A stretch of DNA of 64,000 bases. Source: the human T2T-CHM13v2.0 reference genome, Homo sapiens. The translations under genes and the position numbers were made by a program. The DNA is taken from NCBI RefSeq assembly GCF_009914755.1, contig NC_060942.1; one strand, given 5' to 3'. Under the pieces are notes generated by a model. That model made no database searches, was not told the DNA's origin, and saw only the letters and a program-made list of their open reading frames with translations. Of the stretch, positions 35,250-53,276 are shown one piece after another. Position 1 is the stretch's first letter; every line of letters begins with the position of its first letter.

Positions 35250-38200
35250 CCTTCACTTTGTCCTGCCAGGGCAGGGTCAGAAGAATTCAGCTAAAGGAGA
35301 TTTAAATAAGATCCAGAATATCACAGCATAATACTGAAAATGTCCAGGTTTCAACTGAAAATTACTCATTGTACCAAGAACCAGGAAAATTGCAAATTGA
35401 ATGAAAAATGTTCATCAATAGATGCCAACACTAAGATGACAGAGATGTTAGAATTATCTGACAAAGATCTTAAAACTACCATCAAAATCCTTTAATGAAC
35501 AATTATGAACACACTTGAAACAAAGAAAACATAGAAAGCCTCAGCAAATTAAGGTAAATTGTAAAAAAAAAAAAAAAGTGGAAATATTAAAACTGGAAAT
35601 ATAATCACAGAAATAAAAACTCACTGGACGGACTCAATAGCAAAATGGAGAGAAAAGAGAAAACAATCAGTTAACTTGAAATTAGAACCATAGAAATTAC
35701 CGAATATAAACAACAGACAGCGAAAATAAATTGGAAAAAAATGAGCACAGCCTGCTAGAATCTGTGGGAGTATAACAAAAATAATAATTTTATGGGATTC
35801 CAGAAAAAAGAAAAGGGGCGAAGCTGAAAAAATGTTAAAAGAAATAATGACCGAAACTTCCCAAATTTGACAAAATGTATAAACATACAGAAAGAGGAAG
35901 CTGAAGGAATAGGAACGCAATGAACCATAAAAAATCCACAACTAGACACATCACAGTAAACCTTGTAAAAACTGAAAACAAAGGGAAAAATTTTTAAAAC
36001 AGTAAGAGAGAAATGACACTTTCCATATATGGAAAACAAGTCAAATATCAACAGATGTGTCATCTGAAACATGGAGCCCAGAAGGTGTGAAATAGCATTT
36101 ATCGAATGCTGAAGGAAAAGTTCTGTCCACCCAGAATTCTAAATACAATGAAAATATTATTCAGCAACGAAGGGAGAAATCAACCTTTTCAGATGAAGAA
36201 AAGCCATGAAAATTTGCTGGCAGCAAACCTACTCTGAAAAAATGGCTGAAGATGTTCTCTAAACAGGAAAAAAAAAAATGATAAAGAAATCTTGATACAT
36301 CAGAAAGGAAGAAAGATCATGATAAGCAAAAATATGGGTAAATACAATGTACTTTCTTTCTCTTAATTATCTAAATTATGCTTAATGGCTCCATAAAGAA
36401 TTATAATGTGGGTCTAAATGCATGTAGAGGAAATATTTTAGATAATTAGGTTATAAACAGAAGGTTCTAAATGCATGTAGAGGAAATACATTTAAGATAA
36501 TTATAAACAGAAGGGTAAAAGGACATAAAGGGAAATGCCACATCACTTGAACTGGTAAAATGAAGCCAGCAGTAGATGGTGAATGATGTACACATAATGT
36601 ATTACTTAGAACAATCACTGAAAAACTATATAAAGAGATACAATACAAAACACTATATGAAAATGAAAGTCTAAAAAATGATCATGTAAACCACTAGAAG
36701 GCAGAATAAAGAAGGCAAGAGCAAAAATAGAGAACAAACAGAAAACAAAATAAAATGGCAGATTTTATCCCTACTATATTAATAACTACATAAAATGCAA
36801 ATGCTTTGAATATAACAATTAAAATACAGATTGGAAAAGTTAATTAAAAACATGACACAACTATGTGCTATCTAAAAGAAACTAAATTCAAATATAATGT
36901 TATAAGCAGGCTAAGAGTAAAAGAGAGGAAAAAACATACAAACATTAGTCAAAAGAAATCACAAACAACTTTATAAATATGAGATACAGTAGCAAAGGAA
37001 GTTACCAGAGTTAGAGAAAGACATTGTAAATTGATAAAAGAGCCAAGTTACTAAGGAGACATAGCCATTCTAAATGTGGATGCACTAAATAAGAGAGATC
37101 AAAGCATTTGAAGCTAATTCTGATAAAACAGAAAGGAGAAATAAACACTTCCACATTTATAGTTCTGTGAAACAAAACTGAAAGAACTAGTAAAACTGAA
37201 AGGTTAAATGGAAAATACACAATTATATAGATACTTCAACGTTTCTTTCTCAACAATTTAATAGAACTAGTTAGAAAACCAGCAAGGATATGGAAGAACT
37301 CAGAAATGTCATCAAACAAAAGACTCTAATCAACGTATATTTGGGACACTTTACTCAACAAAAGCACAATACAGTTTTTTTTTATATGCCCACAGACATA
37401 AATCAAGACAGACAATATCCTGTGCCATAACCAAACCTCAACAAATTTTAAAGAATTGAAATCATACAGAGCATGTTTTCCAGTCACAATGGAATCTAAC
37501 TAGAATCAACAACAGGATAACAAGAAAATATCCAAATGCATGAAACTAAACAACATTATTTATTTATATGTTTATTTTGGAGACAGTGTCTTGCTCTGTT
37601 GCCCAGGCTAGAGTGCAGCAGCATGATCACGGCTTACTGCAGCCTTGACCTCCTGGGCTCAAGCGATTCTCCTGCCTCAGCCTTCTGAGTAGCTGGGACT
37701 ACAGGAATATGCCACCACACTTGGCCAATATTTTATTATTTGTAGAAATGGGGTTTCATTGTGTTGCCCTGGCTGTTCTTGAACTCTTGGGCTCGAGTAA
37801 TGCTCCTGCTTCAGTCTCACAAAGTGCTGGAATTACAGGAGTGAGCCATCATGCCTGGCCAACACTTCGATAGCCCGTGGTTCAAAGAGAAAATCTCAAG
37901 AAAAAATTTTAAAAATACATTAAACTGAATGAAAATTAAAAGAAAGAACATATCAAAATTTGTGAGAAGCAACTAAAGCAATGCTAAAAGGGAAATTTCT
38001 AGCATTAAATGCAGTACATTAAAAAGGAAAATATTTCAAGTCAATAATAAAAATTTCCACCTTAAGAATCTAGAAAAAAATGTTCAAAATAAACCCAAAG
38101 CAATCAGAAGGAAAGATACGAAAACAGAAACATTAGAACACAAACAAATGAAACTTACAACAGAAAAATAATAATAAAGATCTATAACATGGACTAATTC

Positions 38201-38821
38201 TTTAAAAATGCAAGTTATAACAAGTCACTCATTTTGAGACAGATAATTTAAATAAGTTAAAATAACTATTACAAAAACGGAATTTAGAATTTTGAAATTC
38301 TCAATTCCACAACAAGGTCTAAATAGTTCCACTGAAGAATTAAAAAAAAAACATGTAAGAAACAAGATCAATTTTACATATTTTTTCCAGAAATTTGAAG
38401 AGAAATGAATACTTCACAATATGTTATGTAAAGCTAGAATTACTTTGATACCAAACCAGATAAAGGGAAGAAGAAAAGGAAAGAAAACTACAAACCAATA
38501 ACCCTAATAAATATAGATGCAACAATTCCTAACAAAATATTACTAAATAGAATTCAACAATGTATTAAAGAACAACATACCATTACCAAGTGGAGTTAAT
38601 TCAAGATATGCAAGACTGGTTCAATATTAGAAAATCAATCAATGTAATCCACTGTATAAACAGGATGAAGATGAAAAAACACATACTCATAATAATAGAT
38701 GCAGAAAAAGCATTTGACAAAATTCAGTAACTATTCATAATAAAAACTTTCAGGAAAAATAGAAATAGAGGAAAATTTCCCAACTTACAGAATATCTACA
38801 GAAACACTACAGGTGACTTTA
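35250..38821 (+). mobile_element. Old L1 (L1MD-like) ORF1/ORF2 remnant
   Basis: A-rich L1 body, e.g. gatgcagaaaaagcatttgacaaaattca and acccagaattcta; interrupted by AluJ. Confidence 0.85.
37556..37860 (-). mobile_element. AluJ SINE
   Basis: ctgcagccttgacctcctgggctcaagcgat (J-type); full dimer. Confidence 0.95.
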
Positions 38822-39784
38822 TAGAGGCATACATCACTTTATTGTGCTTCATTTTTTCACACCTTGCAGATACTGCGTTTTCACAAATTGAAGATTTGTG
38901 GCAACTCTGCATTAAGCAAAACTTTCAATGCCATTTTTTCAACAGCATTTGTTCACTATGTGTCTGTCACATTTTGGTAATTCTCACAATATTTCAAACA
39001 TTTTCATTATTACTGTATTTGTTAAGGTGATCTGTGATCAGTGATCTTTGATGTTACTATTGTAATTGTTTTGGGGGTGTCATGAACTGTGTGCATATAA
39101 GACGACAAACTTAATTGATAAATGTTTTGTGTGTTCTGACTGCTCCACTAAGTAGTCCTTCCATCATCTCTCTCCCTCTGCTTGGAGAAGGACCACGATA
39201 TTGAAATGAGGCCAAATAATAACTCTACAATGGCCGGTAAGTACAAAGAAGAATCACGTCTTATTTAAAATCAATAGTTAGAAATGATTAAATTTAATGA
39301 GGAAGGCGTGTAAAAAGCCAAGATAGGCTGAAAGCAATGCTTCTTGGGCCAAACAGCCAAGCTGTGGATGCAGAGGAGTAGTTCTTGAAGGAAACTAAAA
39401 GTGCTATCCCAATAAGCACACAAATGATAAGAAAGCAAATCTTATTGCTGAAATGTGTAACTACAACATTCCCTTAAGGCAAAGCCTAATCCAGAGCAAG
39501 GCCCTAGCTCTCTTCAACTCTATGAAGGCTAAGCTGTAGAAAAATAGTTAGAGGCTAACAGAAATTGGTTCATGAGGCTTAAGCAATGAAGCCATCTCCA
39601 TAACATCAAAGTACAAGGTGAAGCAGCAAATGCTGGTATAAAAGCTACAGCAAGTTATCTGAAAAATCTAGCTGAGATCATTGATGAAGGCGGCTACACT
39701 AAATATATTTTCAACATAGACAAAACTGTCTTTTATTCGAAGAAGGTCCCATCTCGGACTTTCATAGATAGAGAGGAGAAGTCA

Positions 39785-42685
<2,901 letters not shown>

Positions 42686-42961
42686 TCTTCAAAGGACAAG
42701 CTGACTCTCTTGTTGGAGCTAATGCAGCTGGTGACTTTCAATTAAAGCCAGTGTTCATTTACAATTGCAAAAGTCTTCTATCTCTTAAGAATAATACCAA
42801 ACCTTCTCTCTCTATGCTGTATAAATGGAACAACAAAGCCTCAATGACAGCTGTTCTGTTTAAAGCATGTTGATTGAGCATTTTAAGCTCACTTTTGAGA
42901 CCTAACTTTCAGAAAAAAAAGATTTCTTTGCAAAACAGTACTGCTCATTGATAATGCACCT

Positions 42962-43348
42962 TGATATGATTTGTCTGTGTCCCCATCCAAATCTCATCTT
43001 GAACTGTAGTTCCCATAATCCCTACATGTTGTGGGAAGGACCTGGTGGGAAGTAACTGAATCGTGGTGGCAGTTACCTCCATGCTGTTCTCGTGATAGTA
43101 AGTAAGTTCTCATGAATCTGATGGTTTTGCAAGGGCTTTCCCTTCTCCCCACCCTGCCACTTCACTCTGCACTTCTACTCCCTGCCATCATGTGAAGAAG
43201 GACATGTTTATTTCCCCTTCCACCATGATTGTAAGTTTCCTGAGGCTTCCCCAGCAATGCGGAACTGTGAGTCAATTAAACCTCTTTCCTTTATAAATTA
43301 CCCAGTCTTGGGTAGGTCCTTACAGCAGCATGAGAATGAACTAATGCA
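42962..43348 (+). mobile_element. THE1C-like solo LTR inside Tigger1
   Basis: tgatatgatttg...catgtgaagaaggac...gaactaatgca; TSD cacct/caact. Confidence 0.92.
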
Positions 43349-43372
43349 CAACTGGTCACCCAAGAGCTCTGA

Positions 43373-44227
<855 letters not shown>

Positions 44228-44589
44228 AATATTATTTATATTATATATTTATTAAAATTCCTTGATTTCAGTAAGTTTTGTGAAACATTGAGTTTTAAGA
44301 AGGGGGAAGTTTCATTTTTAAAAATCTAAAAATTCAAGATTGAAGTCTGCATTCAAACTTCAATAAGATACAATGATCTAATCCTCACCCTTGAAGATTT
44401 CAAACACAGGTGAAATTGTATATATTTCAGTCAAATCAGAACTATATGGGGTCATGTATCCTTAGCTAACTCTTTTCACTTCTTGGTGGAATACTCTTAA
44501 GTATCTATAATAACATATTACATTGACATTCCAATTTTACAGGTTATTAGAGTCTTTCAATTCCATTATCTCTTTTTTATATTTACAAG

Positions 44590-44725
44590 AACTGCAAGCA
44601 GTTGGTAGAGCATATATTATTATCTTCAGTGTTTTCCACAAAATAAAACAGAGCATCAGAGTCTTTAAGTGAACTGGCTCATGTTTCCATGGTTAACAAG
44701 TACCAGATCAGGAACTAGAATTTTG
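44590..44725 (-). mobile_element. MIR fragment
   Basis: ttggtagag...attattatc...ttttccacaaataaaacagagcatcagag...ttaagtgaact. Confidence 0.55.
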
Positions 44726-45156
44726 CCTTTGAAAAAGTTCCTTCTACATGATGCTGCTTCAAAATGTTAACTGCCTTTGTGCTTATCTCCTTCTCACATA
44801 TAATAGACATTTTTTTTTTAGACTGGAACAAGTGTGAATCTGCTCTTTTCTGAAAGGTGCCACTTTTAATATAGTAGTGTTCTTCTTATTTAAGCATGAT
44901 AAGGTCGGCTCTATCTATAAATTTTCTTCAATCTTAGTTTTTGAGATATAAAAGTGAGTCAGTTCTTCACAACCAAGGGCATTCAAAAACATCCAGTAAT
45001 TTCTATCTAAAAAAGAAAGATTAGAACCAGAGGAGCCATGCTGTAATCCTCTTTAACACAATTTTTAGACAGCAATTAGTATTTTGGGGGAAAAAGATGA
45101 ATCTTATTTGGAATTAAAATGCATAAACAAGATAACCAATTTTACTCAAAATTTTG

Positions 45157-45613
45157 AACTAAAAGTCTTTTCCCCCATCATGGAAGGACATTTTACTCAT
45201 AATTAAAACTTGAACTATTGCTACCCACTGATCTGTCTGGACAAAATACCTTCTAACTGACTTGACCAAACTGTAGCCAAAGTTCTCTCTCTCTGCACAA
45301 GGCAAGTCCCTTAACTGTTGCTCACATTTAGCTTGAGTTTGCATCAGAATGGAATATGGAACAACTCCTCCTTAACAGCCCAGTGAAAGATAATTCCTGC
45401 TCAGCTATCTGATGACATCTCCAGCACATTCCATTTCTCCATAGTGGATTCTTTCTAGCCTTGTTTACACACCCCCGACCATAGAAGCAACTTACTTCTG
45501 CCTGACCTTAGAGAATCTTGCATATTCTTCCCATCAGAACATCTTCCTTATTGCAATAGACTTTTCTAATAAAGTTTCTCCTTATCTAAGCCTGGATTTG
45601 TTTTTAGTTGACA
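45157..45613 (+). mobile_element. ERV1 solo LTR (MER90/MER110/MER67-like)
   Basis: 3' end ccttattgcaatag...aataaagtttctccttatctaagcctggatttgtttttagttgaca. Confidence 0.55.
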
Positions 45614-45614
45614 A

Positions 45615-46014
45615 TCAACAAGGGATGTTGAAACACACAGGGTGACAAAGAACAGGTAGCCATTACCATCATCAAGCCTAAAGGGGCAGGGTAAAGAAAC
45701 CAGGTGCCTGTTTTAGAGCTGTTCTTATGGAATGGTGGTCACTCTACAGGAGTTTTGCTGTAGAAGGATGTAGTTCTATGAAAATCACACTGTGATAGGA
45801 AGGGAGAGGAAAGTCTAAATACCTCATTGTCTCTCTCCTATCCTCTTATCTCTTGATGGTGCCTCCCAGCCTAAAATAGGTAATAAATAGAGCGCAATGG
45901 ACTGAATGATGTAGTTCTTAGAGGTTAACTGCTCCCTCACCCAATCACAGGGCCCAAAGCAGGACATTGAAGGGCAGCTATGGACATGGGAACAAACTGA
46001 AAACAACTAGCACA
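45615..46014 (-). mobile_element. LTR33-like ERVL LTR
   Basis: caacaagggatg, agcctaaaggggcaggg, atggtgcctccca; ends ctagcaca. Confidence 0.6.
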
Positions 46015-46607
46015 CCTTCTTTCTTTTAATCTGATATTATTTTGTTTTTATATTCATGCTTTTATTGTAAGTTGTCTCATTATCATTTGTGGATATAGGT
46101 AGAGTCAGTGCATTAAGGAGTACATGTTCAAGAAGTAATTTTCAGAAATTTGAATAGCAGTAAACAATTTCCATTTAGAAAATTCTACATTTGAATAACA
46201 ACTTGAGTTTGACTTATGGTCTCACTGACAATTCCATGCTCAAGCTCACGAAACAATTTAGCTCAAAAAGTAGTACCCGGCATTAGAAATTGTTTCCTTT
46301 GTTTATATCAACAATAAAAAAGGAAGTTTAGATGTTGTTAGTTGCCAAATTAGGTTTACAATTAAATTATGCGTGGTCCATACTGATGTGATTAGAATTC
46401 ATACAGGTGACATTCATAAAGGTGTACTACTACTTGATTTGCTAACTCTGAACATCTGTAAAAATTGACTATAATTACTAGAAAATTCTGCCCCTTTCAT
46501 AGCTCTTCTTAACCATCTCTGCCATCATTCTTTATATGATATATTATGGATAATAAAAACAATGACTTAAGGATAATGAATCTTAAAATATAGAATATGT
46601 TCCTAAA

Positions 46608-47690
46608 TTCATTTATTCAGTACATATATATAGTGCATCTATAATGTTCTAGGCATAGACTTGGTATGATGACTAGGGTTGCCTGATAAAATACAGTGCT
46701 CAGTTAAATGTCCATTTCAAATGAGCAATGGATAATTCTTTTAGCACAAGTATGTCCCATGCAGGGTAGGATGTAACCATTCAGAAAAACCCTTTGTACT
46801 TGGTAACATTAAGAGGTAGCAATTAGCCATTTTAAATCTAGGCTATGAGGAACTTTCATAAGCTTTGGGGAAGAAAAATAAATATGTATTCTGTAATGAT
46901 TTGCTAATTCTGGCAATCTTTGGCATGGGAATGTAATGATGAACACAACATTATATATATCCTCAAAAAGATTATAATGAACAAGATATTTGATAAAGAG
47001 CTATAAAAGTAAAATACCTAATCCCAATAAAGTAAAGTGATATTGGAATAGCAAGCCTGTAAAGGCAGCAACATGTACCAAAATCTTAAGGCAGAATAGA
47101 TATTGACATATTCAAGGAACTGAAAAAAAGGTCATTGTGGCTGGAGCCTGGAGGCCCAGAGAGAGAGAGTAGAGGAAATGATGCTAGAGATACGTCCTGT
47201 AATCTACATATTTTTTGATTGCAACAAGTCTTTTGATCTTTGTCATAAAATTGATGAAATTTATTTATAGGGAAGAAATAGAAATTGATAAATATGATTT
47301 TTGCAGAGTACTTAGGAGAAACAATTAGATTTTTGTCCATATAAAAGATTGCAGAAGTTTGAATTAAGGAGGTAGCACTGGATATTAAGAGAAGTGGAAA
47401 GATGAAATAAATATTTGAGAAGCAAAATAGAGAGGACTCAGGAATTGATCATGAGCAGTAAGAGAGGAGAAGGAATCAAAAATATATCTCAAGTTTGTGG
47501 CTTGAAGAAAAAGATGCAGAAGGATAGACATGGAGAAAATTTGCAGTAGCACCATTGTGTGGTTTTGGATACATTAAGCTTTATGCTCCCTAAGAGTCAT
47601 ACATGTAGAGCTAGCAGATAGTCGGTTAAATAGATAAGTTTGTTGTTCAGAAAAAAAAATTGTGCACTGGAATTTTTAGCAGATAGATCA
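46608..47690 (-). mobile_element. Decayed L2, with a MER53 half at 46674-46763
   Basis: ttcatttattcag..., ttcaaggaactgaaaaaaaggtcattgtggctggagc; tagggttgcctgataaaatacag. Confidence 0.6.
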
Positions 47691-48664
47691 TTTTCAATAC
47701 TGTACATGTATCTATCCATCATGAAATAATTTCTTAAATTGGCATGTTAAATAAATCATCAGTCATTTACCTGTTTAAAGTTTTAATTTAATAGCTCTAT
47801 ATTTATTTTTCAAAAGTATAACTAGCTTATCAAATCCATGATTTCTTGGAATAATTTTGTTATGGGTGAGGATATTTTATCTAACAGACCAGAGGATTTA
47901 CAGATTTTTTTCTCAGGCTTCCCTTGCTGTTTCAGCCTTACAGGGCTGAAACTTCTGCATGATCATTTGAGAGTAAGGAAGATATACATGACCTAGATCC
48001 CAAGTGTGAATTCGCATGCAATTTATGTCAATGTGAGAGTTCCTTTTAGGAACTTAGTGAATGGTCACTTCCTAAGTCCCATTCTATGTGGTGTAACCAA
48101 GGAAGCTCTTACCACTTATAATAGGTAAGAATGTTTAAAAATTGAATTCATGAAGCTATAAAAATATCAATTGTCTTAAGGAACTATTATATTTCCCCTG
48201 TTTCATTCAGTCTTGTAAAGAGCTTGGCAGTTGATAAGTCACTACTTTTTCAAACTTATAACTGATGCTCACTGTCATCTTCACGGAAATGCCTGAAATT
48301 CTTGATTTCTCTGTTTTAGGGTCCCATAAGAATGTCCAGACAAGCTTATGTGAATATCCCTCTTGCAGGAACAATGGTCAAAAACTGGAGCCAGGATCTG
48401 TCTACTGTATTCGTGATAAGTTGGGTAATTTTTATTTTGTTTTGGTTAAATAATACCTCCAAATAATGAATATTGAATAAAATATAAAACTATTTTGAAT
48501 AAAATAGAGACTTGAAATACTATAGAGGTGGCCTTCACAATTATTTTTCTCCTAAGTAAATATCAAAAGTATTTCTTCCAAATAAAACCACTTTTCACAT
48601 ATTACCAGATAACTTAACTCATTTGGATTAAGAATGTATATTATAAAGATCTTCACATGGTTTC

Positions 48665-49450
48665 TTCAATAAAACCTTAATATGAAATCTGATAAAGATA
48701 GTATGAAAAACAAAAACTTTAGCTTAATCCTACTCATAAATGCAGATGCAAAAATTCTAAATTAAATATTTGGAAGCAGAATCTAGCAGTGTATCAAAAG
48801 ACTATACCAGGTAGAGCCTATTTCAGAAATTCAGTTATCAAGAAAAATAATAATATACTTCATTTCAATCAAAATGCTGTAGGAGATAATTATAAAGCCA
48901 TAATAAAAATGGTCAAAAAGCATTTAATAGCAGTTAGTAACCATTATTAATTAAATCTCTAAGCAATAGGAAGAAAAGTAAACTTCTAAAATATAATATA
49001 CATTTTTTTAACCAAAATTCATATACCAAGCATTATTCTAAAATGCAGCCAGAAAAAGGACATGGGTGCTCTCACTAATTCTATTATTTTGGGTATTTGA
49101 AACAATCACTATAAATAAACAAGGAAAAAGTGTTAAAATTAGTTTACTTTTTCTCTTTTTCTTTCTTTTCTTCATTCTCTTTTTTTTGTTATAATTACAC
49201 AAGTAAAATTCCATAGAATCTAGCAAAAATTACATAGAATTATTAAAGGAATTTGGAAAAAAGGATAGACGCATTATCATTAAAAAGGTAAAAAATCTGT
49301 ATTAACAATCACTAATAATAGAAAGGGGAAAACTCACAATTTCGATGAAAGCTGTAAGATATTTATCAATAAATTTGAAAATAATAGTGCAATATAAAGA
49401 AAGGATAAGACATTTTATTGAAATACATGACATAAAATAATAACAATAAG
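48665..49450 (+). mobile_element. Very old L1 (L1ME-like) ORF2 fragment
   Basis: actcataaatgcagatgcaaaaattctaaattaaatatt...gaatctagcagtgtat. Confidence 0.65.
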
Positions 49451-49504
49451 AGCACACACATAGTATTTACATTGTAAAGGCAGGCTTTACACTTATTATT
49501 ATTA

Positions 49505-50312
49505 CAAGTTTTTTTTAACATTTTTTAGACTTCTTTTTTGACCTAGCATATGGTCTATCCTTGAGAATGATCCATGTGCTGAGGTGAAGAATGTTATTCT
49601 ACAGCTATTGGACGAAATATTCTGTAAATATCTACTAGGTCCATTTCTTGTAAAGTACAGATTAAGTTAGATGTTTTTTGTTGAGCTTCTGTCTGGGAGA
49701 TTTGTGCAATGCTGAAAGTAGGGTGTTGACAACTCCAGTTATTATCCTATTGAGTTCTAATTCTCTCTTTAGCTCTAATAATATTTGCTTTATATATCTA
49801 GGTGCTCCAGTGTTGGGTACATATATATTTACAATCATTATATCCTCTTTCTGGGCTGGCTTCTTTATCATTATATAATGACCTTCTTTTTCTCATCTTA
49901 TAGTTTTTGCCCTGAAATCTATTTTGTCTAAGTATAGCTATTTCTATTGGCATGAAATGTCTTTTTCCATCCCATACTTTCAGTCTATGTGTATCTTTAT
50001 AGGTGAAGTGTGTTTGTTGTAGGCAACAGATCATTGGGTCTTGTTCTTTAATCCACTCAGCCACTTTATGTCTTTTGATTGGATGGTTTAGTTCGTTTAC
50101 AATCAATGTTATTATTGATAAGTAGGGACTTAACTCCTGCCATTTTGTTATTTATTTTCTGTTTGTTTTTTTGTGGTCTTCTCTTCCTTCCTTCTTGTCT
50201 TCCTTTTAGTGAAGGTGATTTTCTCTGGTGGTATGATTTAATTTATTTTTTTTTATTTTTTGCATATCTGTCGTATATTTTTCACTTTGAGGTTACTTGA
50301 GGCTTGCAAATT
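49505..50312 (-). mobile_element. L1M (L1MA-like) inter-ORF/endonuclease fragment
   Basis: Minus-strand peptides PIKRHKVAEWIKEQDPMICCLQQTHFTYKDTHRLKV and IVNIYVPNTGAPRYIKQILLEL. Confidence 0.92.
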
Positions 50313-50334
50313 TTATACTTATTATTTGATATAA

Positions 50335-50500
50335 ATAGGTTCTTATCAGGTAGATATTATTATTCATTCCTATTATTAAAAAAAGGAAACAAAAATACGG
50401 AGAGACAATGTATCTTACCCAGAGTCACACAAATAGGATGTATCAGAACCAGGAATTGAATCCAAGTGATCTGGTCCAAGGTTCAGGTCCTTAATTCCTA
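50335..50500 (-). mobile_element. MIR fragment
   Basis: ggtagatattattattc...cttacccagagtcacac...ccaggaattgaatccaagt. Confidence 0.65.
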
Positions 50501-51011
50501 AATAAAACTGACTCTATCTTGCCTAATGACAAGACATATCATCTTTTAAAATTGTATATATTTAAGGTGTAACACATGATATTAGATATACATATGATAG
50601 TGAAGTGATTACTACTGTACAGCAAATTGGCATCATCTTGAATGAGAAAACTTAATATTATGACAATATGAATTCTCAAAAATTATATATAAATATAATG
50701 TATGGAATCCCATCGTGGGGGAACATTGTATAAAATGATCATTAAGTTCATACAGAATTAAAAACAAAATCTAAGAAGAATCAACAAAAGTAACTTTTTA
50801 AAAAAAGGAATAATGAGGAGGCTTGACTTAGCAGATACTAAATCTATGTTTTTAGTTACTTACAAAGCCTCCTACTAACTTTCTAGAACAGGCAAAAGAA
50901 TTTTCCATCAAGTGGTGCAACATAGAAAGAATGGAGTTTTCTATGTATTATTTACCAAAATTCCAGCAGACATCATTTTAAAATGCTAAAGCCATTCTAT
51001 TAAAGCCAGAG

Positions 51012-51351
<340 letters not shown>

Positions 51352-52150
51352 TCAACATTATTTTAAAGTAAATTATGATGAGACAAGACAGTTTTTGTAA
51401 GAAATTTTTAAAAATCAACATATTTACTTTATGTCAGCTGTATTAAGCTGCTGGGCTTCTCAGATTCTTATTCCAAATTGTATCAAGGATAGAGGTGCCT
51501 ATATAATATTCTAGAAGGATTTCTAGAAGAAAAATATATATTTTGAAAAACACATACCAATGAAAAAATATTTGAACATCTTTTATGTTAATTAACAAAA
51601 GCTTTACTGCATATTTAATAGAAAAATGTGAAGATTTGTTCTAAAAGTTGTCTCTCACCTCTGCAGTGTGGACTCATAATTAGGGTCTTTCAAATTCTTA
51701 TTTATTATTCCTGCAGTGTGGATACCTGATTAATGTACTTCAAATGTTAACTAAAAGCATCTAGCATGTAGATTAATATGTATTTATATTATGCTGTCCA
51801 CACTAAGGTATTCTAAAGTAAGTTACAGGCAATGAGACTAGTTACAGACAATGAGACAAGAACATTATTATAGGAAATAAAAGAAATAGTCAACCAGTTT
51901 ATTTTGTATCTGCTTTATAGTGATTTCTTAATTAAAGGTCATTAGTCACTTAAATACATAACTGTAAAATTCTGATCTAAGGTAACATTACAGTGTGATC
52001 TGGTATGAACTCTCAATATATCCTCTCTAGAGTAATGGTGAAAACAGCTAACTAATGAGACACCTCAGTCCTGGTCGTGTACTTATTCCTTTTTTCTGTC
52101 TTCATGTGTCTTCAAATTATTCATGGATTGCCTTATTCCCAAGGCCATAT

Positions 52151-52563
52151 TGTCACTGTTTTGGTTTTCTGGGATACAGACTAAGATAGTGATTAGTAGG
52201 CAGTGCATTTATTAGGAAGTGCTCTTGGGATTGACACCCGTGAAGGGGGGTGAAGGAAGCAGAATTTGTTAGAGGGAGAAGGTGAGCTGGGATGCAGTCT
52301 GACAAAGGCCTCAGCTAATTTCACGGCGAGTTTTAAAAGCTGAGATTGACCAAGAGTTGTCTTGAGTTAGCACTAGGAGACTGATGATCAGATGAGGGCT
52401 GCTTCCGGAAATAGATGAGATGTTGGTCAAAGCAGTTTTCTTTAGCTGAGGCAATTCCCATAGAGGGCTAACAGCTGAGGAGCGCCTTCTGGCATCACTC
52501 TCAGCAGCTGGGAAAAAAGGTCTTGATTCCTGAAAGGGAATCTGGGTAGTGTAGAGGCTACCA
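52151..52563 (-). mobile_element. LTR16C-like ERVL solo LTR
   Basis: tttattaggaagtgctcttgggattgacacc, agctgaggcaattccc, cctgaaagggaatctggg. Confidence 0.82.
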
Positions 52564-53276
52564 TGCTAACATGTCTCTATAAATTATCATTAATGTAGGG
52601 TTGAGTGCTCCTTCTACACTACTATCAATTGATTTATGGTTTTCTAAAGTTCAGACTTGAAGGTAGAGATTCAATGTGGAGCATAATCATAAAACTCTAG
52701 AAGTGTTCCTGTCTAAAAGGGAAGAGATCCATCCAATTTCTGGTATACATTCCCATGAGTTCTGAAGATTTGCCTTTGACTCCCTTCTGAACCGGCCTAG
52801 GGATTTCTTCTTTGTGGCAGGTTCACGAGAGTTCTTTGACAAAAGATAATAGCTTCCAGTCTGAGTAGTCTCTGCTGAACTCCCCTACTGTGCCTGTTTC
52901 ACTGCCCAGACACTCCTTATGATTATTTCCAATATCCTGTCAGAAACAGCAGAGTCTTTTTGTGCCATTTCTCTGAGATTTTGCTGTTAGACGATTTGAG
53001 GCATATTAAATGTAGTCTCACTTTACAATTATAATACAAATATGAGTATTTAATTTTTGCTTTCAACTCTTGGTCAGTAAGAATGTTAAAAAAATTTTTT
53101 AGAAGGTGATAGGTGTTTCCAAGGCCATTGGTCAGTTAACCCCAAATCAATTTATCAAATGACCCCTCTGCCAAATTATTTTGAAGTTTCTTTTCACTAA
53201 GATCTCAAGCACAATCATTCAAACCACAGTTAGTGTGTGTCCAGACTGGGAGTTAAAGGTAAAGGAGACACAGGAA

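Noticed and set aside
51509-51530. ttctagaa-ggat-ttctagaa as a heat-shock element
   Set aside because: The spacing breaks the alternating nGAAn register.
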